From contig NC_045697.1 of the NCBI RefSeq assembly GCF_009834535.1, positions 24,368,001-24,432,000 on the forward strand: DNA of 64,000 nucleotides, read 5' to 3'. Source of the DNA: Camelus ferus (lineage: Eukaryota). Shown in pieces: positions 22,920 to 36,076 of the stretch. The translations under genes were made by a program, and so were the position numbers. The number at the start of each line of letters is the position of its first letter. Within the stretch, counting starts at the first letter, position 1. The notes beneath the pieces are model-generated. The model made no database searches and was not told the DNA's origin. It saw only the letters and a list, made by a program, of their open reading frames with translations.

Positions 22920-25900
22920 TGTGTTTTTATGTTGAAATATATTTCTTGTATAACTGTAAATTTAAGTCAATTTTACACATTTATGTATTGTGATATTATT
23001 ACCTTGTAGACTTAGCTAGCACCTCTATTATGTCACATAATTCTCATTTTTTTTGTGTTGTGATGGGAATAATTAAGATGTGGTCTTTTAGCATGTTTGA
23101 TGTTTATAATACAATGTCTATAATTATTATTCTGTGCATTGGATCTCCAGGATTTATTTGTATTAGTTGCAAATTTGGTTCTTAAACAACATCTTTCCTA
23201 TTCCTTCACCCCCAGACCCTGGTAGCTATCATTCCACTCTCTGTTTTTATGAATTTGGCTTTTTTAGATTCCACATATAAGTGATATTATATAGTATTTC
23301 TCTTTCTATGTCTGACTAATGTTGCTTAGCATAATGTCCTCAAGATCTATCCATGTTGTCTTAAATAGCAGAATTTTATTCTTTCTCATGGCTGAAAAAT
23401 ATTCCATTGTGTGTATATAAAATATATATTTATAAATTCCATTAAAATATTTTATTGTATATGTAATATATATTATCATATACATTTCATTTTTGTCCTT
23501 TCACTTGCTGACAGGCACTAAAGTTGACTTAGGTTGTTTCCATAACTTGGCTACTGTAATTATGCTGTAATAAATGTGGGAGTGCATATATCACTTTGAT
23601 ATCCTGTTTTCATTTTCTTTGGGTTTACACCCAGAAGTCGGATTGCTGGATAATAATGGTAGTTCTATTTTTAATTTTTTGAGGAACCTTCATACAGTTT
23701 TCCATAGGGCTTCATCAATTTAAATTCTCACAAACAGCATACAAGGGTTTCCATTCTTCCACATGCTTGCTAGCACTTGTTATCTCTGGTCTTCTTGGTG
23801 GTAACCATTCTAACTGGTGTAAGGTGATATCTTATTGTGGTTATGATTTTCATTTCCATGATGATTAGTGATGTTAACTGTCTTTTCATGTACCTGTTGG
23901 CCATTTGAATGTCTTCTTTGAAAACATTTCTATTAATTACTCTACCCATTTTTAATTGGCTTGTTTTGAGTTTTTGTTCCTGTTTTATTGAGTTCTATGA
24001 GTTCTTTATATGTTTTAGCACTCCCCCTTATCAGACATATGGCTTGCAAATATTTTGTCATGCTGTAGGTTACCTTTTCATTTTGATTGTTCTTTTGCTG
24101 TACAGAAACTTTGTTCGATGTAGTCACTCTTACTGATTTTTGCTTTTGTTATTTGTGCTTTTGGTGTCACTCAAAATCATTGCCAAGACCAATGTCAAGG
24201 ATCTTCCTTCTTGTTTTCTTCTAGGAGTTTTGGTATTAGAACCTACTTTTAAGTCTTTGATCCATTTCAAGTTAATTTATGTGAGTGATGTAAGATATGG
24301 GTCCCATTTAATTTTTCTGCATGTGGTTTATCCAGTTTTCCCAATACTGTTTGTTGAAGAGACTATTCTTTTCCCACTGTGTGTCCTTGGCTCCCCTGTA
24401 CAGTGTTAGTTGACCTGATGGAATTTTGTTTCATTGGTCTATGTGTCTATTTTTACCCCACTACTACTACTACTACTACTACTACGTTAATAACTATAGC
24501 TTTGCAGTACCGTTTGTAATCAGGAAGTACAATGCCTCTGGCTTTTTCTTTTTTGTGATTGCTTTGGCTAGTTAGGGTCTTTTGTGGTTCTGTAAAAATT
24601 TTAGGATTGTTTTTTCTATTTCTGTGAAAATGCCATAAGAATTTGGGGATTGAATTAAATCTAGAGATGACTTTGGGTAGTATGGACATTTTAACAATAT
24701 TAATCCTTCTTATCCATGAACACAAAAGTATCTTTCTGTTTGTTTATGTCTTCAGTTTCTCTCAACAAAGTCTTATAGTCTTATACAGATCTTTCACTTC
24801 CTTGGTTAGATTTATTCCTAGGCATATTATTGTTTTTCATGCTACTGTGAATGTGACTGTTTCATTATTTCTTTTTCAGATGTTTCCTTGTTAATGTTTA
24901 GAAATGCAACTGATTTCTGTGTATTGATTTTATATCCTGTGACTTTATTGAATTTGTTTATTACTTCCAATAGATTTTTGGTTAAGTCTTTGGGATTTTC
25001 TATATGTAAGATCCTATCATCTGCAGATAATAACAATTTTACTTCTTTCCTGCCAATTTGGATGCATTTTATTTCTTTGTCTTACCTAATTGCTCTAGCT
25101 AGGACTTCCAGTATTATATTAAATGGGAATGGTGAGAGTGAGCATTCTTATCTTGTTCCTGGTCTTAAAAGAAAACCTTGAATTTTTCACCATTAACTAT
25201 GATGTTAGCTGTGGGTTTGTCACATATGGCTTTTATTATGCTAAGGTATGTTTTTTTCTACAGCCAAACTGTTAAGGATTTTTATCATGAAAGGACATTA
25301 TCAAATGCTTTTTCTGCATCTTTTTGATGATCATATGATTTTATCCTTTAATTTGTTAACGTATCACATTTATTGATTTGCATATGTTGAACCATCCTTG
25401 CATCCTGGGGATAGATCCCACTTTGTCATGGTATATAATCCTTTTAATATGAGGTTGAATTCACTATATATTTTATTGAGGACTTTCTATTGATGTTTGT
25501 AAAAGATATTGGTCTGTAGTTTCTTTTCTTGTAGTGTCTCTAACTTTGGTATCAGGATATGCTGGCCTCATAGAATGAGTTTGGAGTTTGCTCTATAATT
25601 TTTTTGTAAAAGTTTGAGAAGGATTGATGTTAGTTCTTTTCTGAATTTGGGACATAATTAACCACTGATGCCATTAAGTTCAGGGCTTTTCGTTGTCAAA
25701 AAATTTTTGATTGCTAATTAACTCTCCTTACTATTTATAGATTTATTCAGATTTTTCTGTTTCTTTATGATTCAGTCTTAGTAGGTTTTGTGTTTTTAGG
25801 AATTTGTGTATTTCATCTGGGGTATCCAAATTGTAGGTGGACAATTTTTCATAATACTTTCTTATAATTACTTTGTTTCTATAAAATCAGTAGTAATATC

Positions 25901-26200
25901 TCTACTTTTATTTCTGATTTTAGTAGTTTGAACCTTCTCTTATTTTTCAGTCCATGTAGGTAAAGATTTGTTACTTTTCTTGTTATTTTTGGAGATCCAA
26001 TTTAAAAATTTTTTTTCTATTTTTTTAATTCCATATTTTATTCATCTCTGCTCTAATCTTTCCTTTCTTTTATCTGGGAAACTTAGGTTTATTTTATTCT
26101 TATGTTTTTAGTTCCTTAAGTTGTAAAGTTAGTTTGTTGATTTCTGTTCTTTCTTGGTTTTTTAATGTAAGCATTTGTAGCTATAAATTACCCTCTTAGC
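22920..26200 (-). mobile_element. L1 fragment: 3' UTR plus ORF2 including reverse transcriptase remnant
   Basis: ORF 24453-24725 ([17 protein letters not shown]) and ORF 24842-25036 ([14 protein letters not shown]...[17 protein letters not shown] motif decayed) are L1 ORF2 peptides; many stops and frameshifts. Confidence 0.95.
24460..24485. repeat. (CTA)n microsatellite inside L1 ORF2
   Basis: About 8 perfect CTA units. Confidence 0.95.
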
Positions 26201-26913
26201 ACAACACAAGCATACACACAACACCAACACTAGTCACATTAATAACAAAGTTTAATTTAATAGCAAAGATGATATTTTTATAACAAAAACATGATTATTT
26301 ATTATGTAATAATTTATAGTAACTTGAGTATTTTTTAAAATATTTTTTAAAGTCTCCCTGATCTTCTTTTATATATGTATGTATAATTTTACACTTAAAG
26401 TTTTAAATCAATATGGGATTTGTTTTGAGATATGAGATCCAGTTTTACTTTGTTCCAGATAGATAGCCAATTGTATCTTCTTTATTTATTTAATTACTGA
26501 ACAGCAAATAATACCACAATCTAAGACATTAAACAAAATGTATTTTAAAAAAAATTGAAAGAAAAAGAACATGAAATTGGGAGTCCACCAATACAAAATG
26601 TCTGAATCATCTGTTGATACATTACAATGTAAACTGGCAGGCAGCTATGAACTATAAATTCAACTGGGGTAGCTGCAAAATATAAGATTAGAATAAGGTA
26701 TGTAACATTGCTCAATTTTTCTTAAACAAACAATAAGAACTATCCAATTCTATTTTACATATGCATTCATATTTTTATGATTATGAGTGTGATGAGTGCT
26801 ACTGTCTACAATGAAGGAATGCAGTATACCTGGTATACTGGTTAAGATGATTAAGATTGGTGAATGAAGAAAAGAAAACATGTATAATCTGACTTCACTG
26901 AAGTAAAGCTGTT

Positions 26914-26933
26914 TGTGTGTGTGTGTGTGTGTA
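26914..26933. repeat. (TG)n microsatellite
   Basis: About 9-10 TG units. Confidence 0.9.
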
Positions 26934-28424
26934 TAATGAGGTACATGAAATATAGTCTTGGAAAAGTTAAATGTTGTTTATATCATGAAGTCAGGTTTTA
27001 GGTGACTTCTACTTTCTTCAGTATATGTTTACATAATTTTTTAAAACTCACCAATAAATCTATTTAATTATGCAATAAAAAATTCTCATTGGAGAAAAGG
27101 AAAGTAAAGATATCACATAATTAATAGCTGTATATATACATAAAAACTGGTAGGCTATTGCAACAGATAGTTCTAAAAAGAGACAAGCTTCTTCTTATTT
27201 TCTTTTATGTACATAAATAATGACTACTTTACTAGTTCCAGACATCAAGAAATTACAACAAAGACTTTGTAATGCCTAATTGCTTTTAATTTTAAAACCA
27301 AAATCCAAGATACAGTATTAACACGTTTATGAACAAGTTTGAAGTTGTAGCTCAAGTCCTAATGGGAAAATGATTGGTTAGAATGATTGAAAACAACAGA
27401 AACCTGCTTAAATTGTTCATATATTTTTCTATGCTGTCCCATGATCAATAGAATAAAAAAAATGAGAGAGCCCTTGGGTACTGAATTATTAAATCAGTAG
27501 CTTAATTACATTTCCATAAATTGTCTCATGTGCTTTTATTGCCTTGGGGTGCTGGCAGTACCAATGAACTGTGACAGCAGTATTTCTTCAGAACCATCAA
27601 AAAGGCACTATAGGAAGTAGGCACACACACATAACATCATGATTTTTCTACATTAAATATATTTTTTCTCAGCACATACCCAATTAGATATGGCATGGTG
27701 ATTAAGAAATTAAGTTTCTGTATGTCCTTGTATAATTTATTCTATGCCCTTTTGGCCCTTTAGCAAACAAGAAAACAACATGTGAAAATGATTGATAAGG
27801 CACTTTCAAGCACTCCATGGAACTTTTGGTAAATACAGAGAGTGCAGCAAAAACTGATTATCAATAATGGTAATTGGAGATCCATGCCTTATTTGCATAC
27901 ACTTCATGAAAATGTATATTATTCATGTCCTATGAAACTTGAAAAAGATCAATAATCAGAAATGGTAATATGTCCCACATTTAAGCTAAAATTTAAGTAG
28001 AATGGCCTAGATGACACAGTCAAATATAAAATCATATTTCAAATTTTGTAATTTTTTTCAATCACGGACTCTGAATGACACTTATATTAATAATAGCCTT
28101 TAATTTGTAGGTATCTCAATAAGCAGATCTCCCTTAAACAAAGTAAAGCCTTTTTTATAAATTTATTTGTAAGTGTCCATAAAATTATAAGTTGAGAGGT
28201 CCCCTTACCCTGCTATAATTGCTTTTTATAGTACATATGATAAATATAGCACATACTATTATTAATTTCAGATGACATAACATAATTTATGTCAGCATTT
28301 TAGGAAGGAGCAAATTGCCTATTATAAAATAATCACAATACAAATAAGTTGTATTATTAACAATAGATAATATATATAGTAAATTTCTGGCCACTTTATT
28401 ATGTCAAGAAGATAAACAGTTACT

Positions 28425-28600
28425 AGTAGTTATTAAGCACATTTACGTGTTGGTAATTGTAACTGATGACTCAACATTACTAGCAGGTAGGTGCTATTAC
28501 TATCACAATTTGTAGATAAAGAGATAACTTATCCAAAGTCACACTGTTAAATTCAAACCTCAGTTCCTTATGACAAGAAAGTCTGTGTAAAAACATCATG
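28425..28600 (-). mobile_element. MIR SINE remnant
   Basis: GGTAGGTGCTATTACTATCACAATTTGTAGATAAAG...AACTTATCCAAAGTCACAC is the antisense MIR core. Confidence 0.6.
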
Positions 28601-28869
28601 CTGCTCTAACCCTCAAAGCCACATCTTTTATAGCTTCTTTTTTTTCATATACAGTCTAATTAATATATCTCACATGGAATCTAAATAGTGAAAAGTTTAA
28701 TTATGTATTTAAAGATTATTACTGGAGGAGATATTCCTTCAGAAGCTTGATTTTCCATAAATGATTGCAATTATAATTATGGGCAGTTTTAGTCCCTTTG
28801 CGTGCAGGAGGACACTAGTTATGTGATCTTAGGCCTGATTTATTTTTATTATGTTAATGTTGCACGTTA

Positions 28870-29020
28870 AAAGTTGTATGTATGTATAAATCTTAGTCAC
28901 TGTATTGATAGGGCATTCCTGGAGTGAAAAAACAACATCTTATTAATTTTTCTTTATTTCTCACTAAAAGTCCAGCACCTAGCAGTTAACATTCAATAAA
29001 TGGTTGAATTGAATTGTTAA
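28870..29020 (+). mobile_element. L2 3' end
   Basis: CCAGCACCTAGCAG...TTCAATAAATGGTTGAATTGAATTG. Confidence 0.6.
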
Positions 29021-31061
29021 ATGGATGCAAATAGAGAATGCAGCAGGCACTGGCTTTCTGAAATTTCCAAATATGTATTCCCTATCTCATCCTTGTTGAA
29101 TATTAATCTTGGGAAATTCTTACTGACAAAATAAACAAGTCAAATTGCCTCGGGCTACAGCTCCCCCTGGAAGACTCAATAATTATTAACATGTTAGTGC
29201 TCTGACAAGTCCTTTCATAAACTTGGTCCAGTCCAGTGTTTCCCACACCTAAATTAACAGTGGCACAAATCTATCCCCCACTCTGTGGGAAATACAATAA
29301 GTACTATGCAAAGATTTTCAGTGAAAGTGATTTTATATCTTAGTCATGTTTGTTTATCATCCTAACTTAAGTAATATAAGTGAAAAAATATTAGCTGAGT
29401 GACTGATGATTTGTCCTTCATGCTTCATCTTGGACAGCACTGTCATAATTTTGTTACAGGATTAGAAATTACTGGCTTAAAGTTTCCAAGAAGTGCCTTA
29501 ATCATACCACCAGTGATGGTCAAGAATCTACTAATGTTAAATTGGAAAATACATTCATATTTGTATATATCAATTCAATAGTCAAAGGAAATCTACTAAC
29601 TACTGTCTTAGAAATTTAAGCTGGTTTATTTTCTGCCTTACTTTAAGGATTCAGTAGAATGTGGGAAGTTGAAAAAATGTGAAAGTCTCTGATGTACCTT
29701 CATATTTGCTTTCGTTTGTTACTGTGGAATTAGCACAGGCTGGAGTATTTATTGATGAACAACATTGATAGAGAGATTTGCCACCTGTTTCCTGTATTGG
29801 GATCTGCAGCCCACATAGCCTTACTGAAGTGGCTTTACCACTAACGTTGATTTAGAAACAGTTGGTTTTGATATTAGAATTTTGCCAACATTGTGACTTT
29901 GTAAATGGTAGCATTTTTCTACCAGAGAATGTTTTCTTTTTTTTTTAATTCACATAGTTTCACAATTGTTCAAAAATTATTAAAATACCCTAAGCATCTT
30001 TATGAGACATAAATGTATGAAAGGGAGCTATTGCACATTCATGGTTATCAAGAAAATTGGAAAGCAAGCAGCAGTGGTGATCACTATCCATTGTTTCCCG
30101 GTAGCAATATGTACAAGAAATACTACTGCAAGTGAAATTTTTCATTTGCAGAATTTGCTCTGTTTTCATAAGCCTTTTAAAACCAGTCTCTGACACATAA
30201 TGCCAATTGTAAAGAACACTTCTCTGGTGTGAACTTAGCATTCAAATCCTTACAAAGTCACTTGTTCTCAGGAAATGAGGTTGATAAAGCTGAACCAAAA
30301 AGGGAAGGTATTTATGGAATTGGTGATGTACTTTTCCTCATCTATGCATAAGTTCTCTTCCAATATTGTACATGGTCAAGGGTGCCAGCCTCTTCTGGTG
30401 GGTGTTAGCCTCTTCCATTGCATTGGTCAGAGAGAAGCTATGCATTTTCACTGGTATAAAACCTAAGTCCTTCACTTCTGGAGCTCACTGCAAATCACCT
30501 GATCTACCTAGTTAAGGTTATACTTCTGTAAAACATTAGCCATTTTCAGCTTCTAACTCTTCGGTGGATCTAAATTCCCTTAAACAATTCCACTACACAG
30601 AAGTGCTAACTTAATACCATCCTCTATCTCAAAGGCATTCATGTCAATCCTTTGCTAACTTTATGATCTGTGTATAAATTTTTAAAATATCTTTTACCTA
30701 TATCTAAATTATAGGCATAGCCAACGTATTTCACCTAAAAATTATACTGTGACATAAATTTTTCATTACTGTTCTTTTAAGACATTGACAGATTTGATGA
30801 GCCACTATTTATCGGGTACTTAATTTTACCCAGATTTGGCTATGCACAGGTGTTCAGGTCATTGTGATAAAGACAGAACAGGGAAACAAAATTTAAATGG
30901 AAAGCTGATGTGCCATAATAAAAGTACAGAAAAATATGAAGAAGTTTTAAGTCTACACTGAGAATGAGGCAGAAATGGGACAAGGAAATTTTCCAAAAAT
31001 GGCAATACTTTGGTACTGTTTTGAATGATAATTACTTTTTTTCAGGTGGGCAGGGTGGGCC

Positions 31062-31609
31062 TGTTACCGAATCCAAACTCGTTCTGCTGGCTGCACAACA
31101 GGCCAATAAATTGGGAGTCGAGGTGTTTGGGCAAGGAATAGCGACTTTATTCAGAAAGCTGGCAGATCGAGAGGATGGCAGACTAATGTCTTGGAGAATC
31201 ATCCTCCTCCAGTCTGAATACAGGCTCCTTTTATACAAAAACAAAACAAAACAAAACAAAAACAAAAACAAACGGGGAAGGGGGGCAGTGGTTGGTTGCT
31301 GCAAACTTCTTGCTGCAGAAATTCTTTGCTCTGCATCCGTGTGGATTGGGCCATGGTCTCCCTGTAAACCTCCAGCTAAACAAAGGTTATTCTCTATTTT
31401 GCAACTTGCCATCTCTACATAAGTGCAGAAGTGCTAACATCCTTAAAGGTCAGAGCCACAAGAATAGGCTCTCCTGTATATTTCAGGCTAAAGGCAACAT
31501 TGTTTTACAAAAGATACAGAGCTAGCAAGACTGAGCCTAGAAAACAGGGTACAGTGGTTAAAACTAAAGGAACAGATCCAATATGGAGTCAGATTTGTTC
31601 TCTATTACT
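31062..31609 (-). mobile_element. ERV1-type solo LTR (~548 bp)
   Basis: TGTTACCGAATCC...TTCTCTATTAC; GACTTTATT poly(A) signal on minus; flanks GGCC/AGCC; internal (AAAAC)n at ~31237-31273; termini homologous to 40906-41356. Confidence 0.85.
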
Positions 31610-32089
31610 AGCCAGGGTTTTCAGGAGGAGCCAACAGTCCAGGCTAGAAGAGACAAAGATAGTTAATAGCTGGATATTATTAGATCATAGTTTGTCAAAG
31701 AAGCAGAGGAAGACTAAGCTAGAGAGGTAAGCTGGGGCAAGAATATGGAGGAGTTTGAGATTTTTCACTTCGGGAAAACAGGAGTCATTGGCATGTTTTA
31801 ATCAGTAGAGAACTTGGGAAAATATACCTTTATATAGGCCATTCTAAGAGTAATGAGCAAGTTACCTGGAATGAGTACAATGTATGTGACACTATACTGC
31901 TTAGATAGCTGAGCAAGAAGAGAAATTAAGTTAGCATCTCTCAGTCTCTAAATTTGAAACATCAGGTTTTGTTTTTAAAAAAGTACACTATTTTTTTTCC
32001 AACAGCAGATGAATGACAGCACTCATCCCACATTCTCAATATGTGCGTGTGCTGTGTAGGTGATTCATGGTAAGAAGTGTTCCTAAAAA

Positions 32090-32335
32090 TAGCTTCCATG
32101 CATTGAGCATAGCTGTGAGCTAGAATCTACTTATAAAGGCTTTTTTTGGGGTGAACTAATTTAACCCTGAAAAAAATACAGTGGATTATTTACTATGATT
32201 TTCTACATTTTACAGATGAGAAAACTGAGGCCTAGAGGTAGGTACTAAATAACCTGTTCAGATTCACAAGCTAGTAAGTAAATAAATATGGCAGGATTTT
32301 AATAGGTCAGACTCTTAACCACTATACATACTGTC
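32090..32335 (-). mobile_element. MIR SINE
   Basis: CATTTTACAGATGAGAAAACTGAGGCCTAGAG core. Confidence 0.8.
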
Positions 32336-33829
32336 CTTCAAATATTTTATTATATGAACAAATTTAGTTATAAATACAGACTTTGGCTTCTTACAAATTG
32401 TAGGAAATGGGATGTCCTTATCTACCTTCTCAAAATCAACTTGTTCAGTTTTTTATAGCTCAAATCAAGAGCTATCTCTTCTAGGAAGTTTCTTTGGCAC
32501 TGTCTTCTAAAAATCACAATCTCTCCTTCTGCATTTGCAGCTTGCAGTGCATTTGTTTTAATTATGTGTATTCACTTGACTGTGTATTGCAATGATTATA
32601 TTATTTATTAAATAGGCTTTTTGAGTGTCTCTTGTATATGTGTTACTGTGGTAGATTCTAGCTTCTCTGGAATAACTACAGTTATCACTTTTTATGCCAT
32701 TGGAATGTAAGTCCTATATATTATTTTATATCCCTTTAAGGAAAAGTAAAGTATGCAGTAATAAATGGGTACATAATAAATTTTATTGAATAAATAAATT
32801 CATTCATTCCATTAGCCCAGTGGCCCAGTGAAGGAGGATGACCATGATTGTACTGACTTGTAATAGATGATGTTTCATGTCTTTACCAGACCTTTATCCA
32901 TAGGAAAAAACAGCAGAGAACTGTAGCTACTGACTGTATCCACTTTCTTATAAAATATTGATTTGTTTCTTGATCCAATTTCTACTTTATCAGTAATGTC
33001 TTTATGCTTATATGACTTTCTTAGGTCCTTTTTCATATTATAATGAACAATGAGGTACTGTCTTACACTGCAATCATGTCCAACAGAATTTTTAAAGGAG
33101 GTTCAAACATATGTATTTGACCATCTATGACCATTGCATCAACATATTATCAGACTTATTTAAATGACAGGAATTTAACATAGAATTTTAGTAGGATTTG
33201 TCTCCTCGAGAAAGCTCACAGAGAAACAAGTACACATAGTTTGCCCTTTGTCTACATCCTCACTGGAAAACTTACCTGTGTGAGTTTTCTAATGTGTAAA
33301 ATGATCACATTAACTTTGTTTATATACTTGACTTTTAAAGACTAACTGTCTGGAATAACAATTCCATTAAGAAATGAACTTATTTGACCTAAATATTTTC
33401 AGCAATAGGTGCATGAGTCTCATGAGTGTATATGAGGGGGTGAGGAAGAAAGGTGGGCAGTTTTAGGCTACTAGAAGTTGGTCCCAGCAGCATTAGAGAT
33501 TAGGACTTGGAATAAATAAAAGAAGAATAAAAGTGCCAAATAATGTAAAGCCCCAGCTATGACAAATAACAGATATATTTGTATATACAACTTCATTATC
33601 TTCTAGTTAAAGAAGACTAGTTTAAGTCATAAAAATGTCAACTATATCTTTCTTTTTGGTGTGCTATGGCATAAGACAACTCTGAATGGCTTCTGGAATT
33701 TTATGGTGAAATTGGTCTAAGGAAAATAGGGAAGAAATAAAGTTTGATACATTAGGATAAAAATAATAGCCAGTGGTTTCATCACAAACAAAAAAGGGCG
33801 TGATACAAGTACACTAAAGTGATCATGAC

Positions 33830-34490
33830 TATTCTTCATTTATTCATCATGAATTTTGAACAACTACCATATTATCAAATACTCTGATAAGTCTTGTGTC
33901 ATATTAAAAAAATAAGACACAGTCATAGCAATCAGTGCTGCCACTAGAAGAGAGGTAATACAAATGACTAAGATTCAGAGCTGGAAGAAATAAATTTTAA
34001 TCTTCCATTAAAATTTTAAGTCACAGGATATGAGACTTAGATGAGCATTTACTTGTATATCTTTCAGAAAATCTTCCTTGTGGGTTATTCAATCACCCAT
34101 CATGCATTTTAAGCATCTATAATACTACTGAAAAATACAGTGATGAGTTTTGTTGACATATAAAAGTTATAAAAGTTTGAGGGAAGTAGTGAATTATTCA
34201 CACTGGAGGAGATGTAAAAAATTCAAGAACTAGGACATTTCAGCTGAGCCTTGAAAGATGAGCTATAATTAAAGAGAAAAGAGGAAGGAGAAATTCTATG
34301 ATAAGGGATCAATATGGAGAGAGGGACAGAGATTGTCTTGAAAGTTCATGCCCTGGTCAGTGTGATGAAATCAGAAGGTATATGGATGAAAGTAGCTATA
34401 GTAAATATTGAAAGGCAGTTTGGCCCCAAATCATAAGGAGGTTTCTATGACATGGAAATAATTTACAACTTTATTCTGTAGATAAGAGTC
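33830..34490 (-). mobile_element. L2 fragments
   Basis: TTCATTTATTCATC start; CAGCTGAGCCTTGAAAGATGAG-type antisense L2 motifs. Confidence 0.5.
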
Positions 34491-35929
34491 TAATAAGGTA
34501 TTCTTGAAATCAGTGTCATATTAATTAAGTATTTGACTGAATAAATGATTTTCATAGAGCCATGGATATAACACACAATAATCACTTTTCTTTTGTAAAT
34601 TAGGAGTTAAAAAGTATTAATTGCTATAGGAAAAGGTGTTTAGGTAAATTGTATAGAAGTCAAAATACACTTTAGCAAAAACATGGAGGTAGATGGATCT
34701 TTTGTGGTTAGAGATTCCACAATTCTCTGCTCAAATAAAGAAATTCTGTAAATGAGAAAAATGCATACAAACATAGTTTTTTGTTTTTTATTTTTTGTGG
34801 TATCCACCTCCTATTTAATTTTTTCCATATGCTTTGTTTACGTGGATTATAATCATCATTTCAACTAAATACCTTGGCATGAGATTTCCCTGTTGGCAAT
34901 TATCATTCAGCTTATAATGCTATGAGATTGTTAAAGCAAGTCAGTCAAGATTTATTAAATGTCTCTTATTTGCAAATCACTTTGCTAAGCTATTTGATAA
35001 GTTAGTCAGAAGGAAAAATAGCCAAACCCTTACTTGAAGAAATTTAAATACAGTTATAAACATAAAAAGAAACCCAAAGTAGACAATTTCTTTAGTATTA
35101 ATCTAGAGACAACAGAGACAAGTATATACTTTTGAATATGTTTCAATATCCCTGAGGATCGCATAAGCCTAGAACTCATTTCATCATCATGAATGATGTA
35201 AGGCAAAGTGTCTAAACCTAGATTTGAGAGCCCACAAGCCTGGGTATCTCTTTCTCAGTCTCCAAATACCATGGTCCATTGGGTTTTTGAACAAAGCAAA
35301 TAATGGTTCCATAGAGAACAACAATATGCATATGGTAGAGTCAGATAAGGATGATTTCAAGAAGAAAACAGTACGAGGACTAGCTTTCAGACCATAAGGG
35401 GACACACAATTTTGGGTGCAGTTAATTCATTGATTTTCAGCCGTATTTTCTCACTCAGAAGTTGAGGAGTTTGATTACGTGATGTCCCTGGCAAGAGTCT
35501 TCAAAGTCAAACTGGGGCATTAATACTCCTGTGAATATTTAAAATCTCCCTAGGAGATACACATGCATAATCTTAGGAAATTATTTTTTAGATATCCAAC
35601 TTCCTACTTCAAAAATCCCTGTGGTCTCTTGGCTCTGCTTTCCAACATTTCTTTTTACCATGAACTGTCTGCTCTCACTTCACAAAATTAAGGCAGATGT
35701 TCCAACTTGAATCATGTTACAGAGCCATCCCAGCAATGGCAAAAGCCTCAAGGACTTAAGGACTGCTGAAAGTGTCTTACATCTGATTGTGGGTCTAGTA
35801 AGAGCAAAGCAGGGTACATTTGCAGGGGTCAGTGCCTTATGTCACCTCTAAAATAAACTCTTAGTAACATTTCCCATCAAACTTACCTGGCATTCTATCA
35901 TAGAAATTCATTCAGAAGAAGTGAGAAGA

Positions 35930-36076
35930 GGGGGAGTGTACAGCTTAGTGGCAGATCACATGCGTAGCATGCACAAGGTCCTGGGTTCAATCCCCAGTAC
36001 TTCCATTAAGAAAGAAAGAAAGAAACCTAATTATTGCCCCCCCCCAAAAAAAACCTAAAAATAAATCAAAACAAAA
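35930..36076 (+). mobile_element. tRNA-derived SINE (camelid vic-1-like) with perfect TSD
   Basis: GGGGGAGTGTACAGCTTAGTGG...GGTTCAATCCCCAGTAC and A-rich tail; 14-bp TSD AAGAAGTGAGAAGA at 35916-35929 and 36077-36090. Confidence 0.9.

Noticed and set aside
24453..25181. Active reverse transcriptase gene
   Set aside because: Fragmented L1 ORF2 with stops, frameshifts and a decayed FADD motif.
30964..31422. Longest ORF (152 aa) and its antisense partner
   Set aside because: Lies mostly in an LTR and includes an (AAAAC)n microsatellite; no protein-family resemblance.
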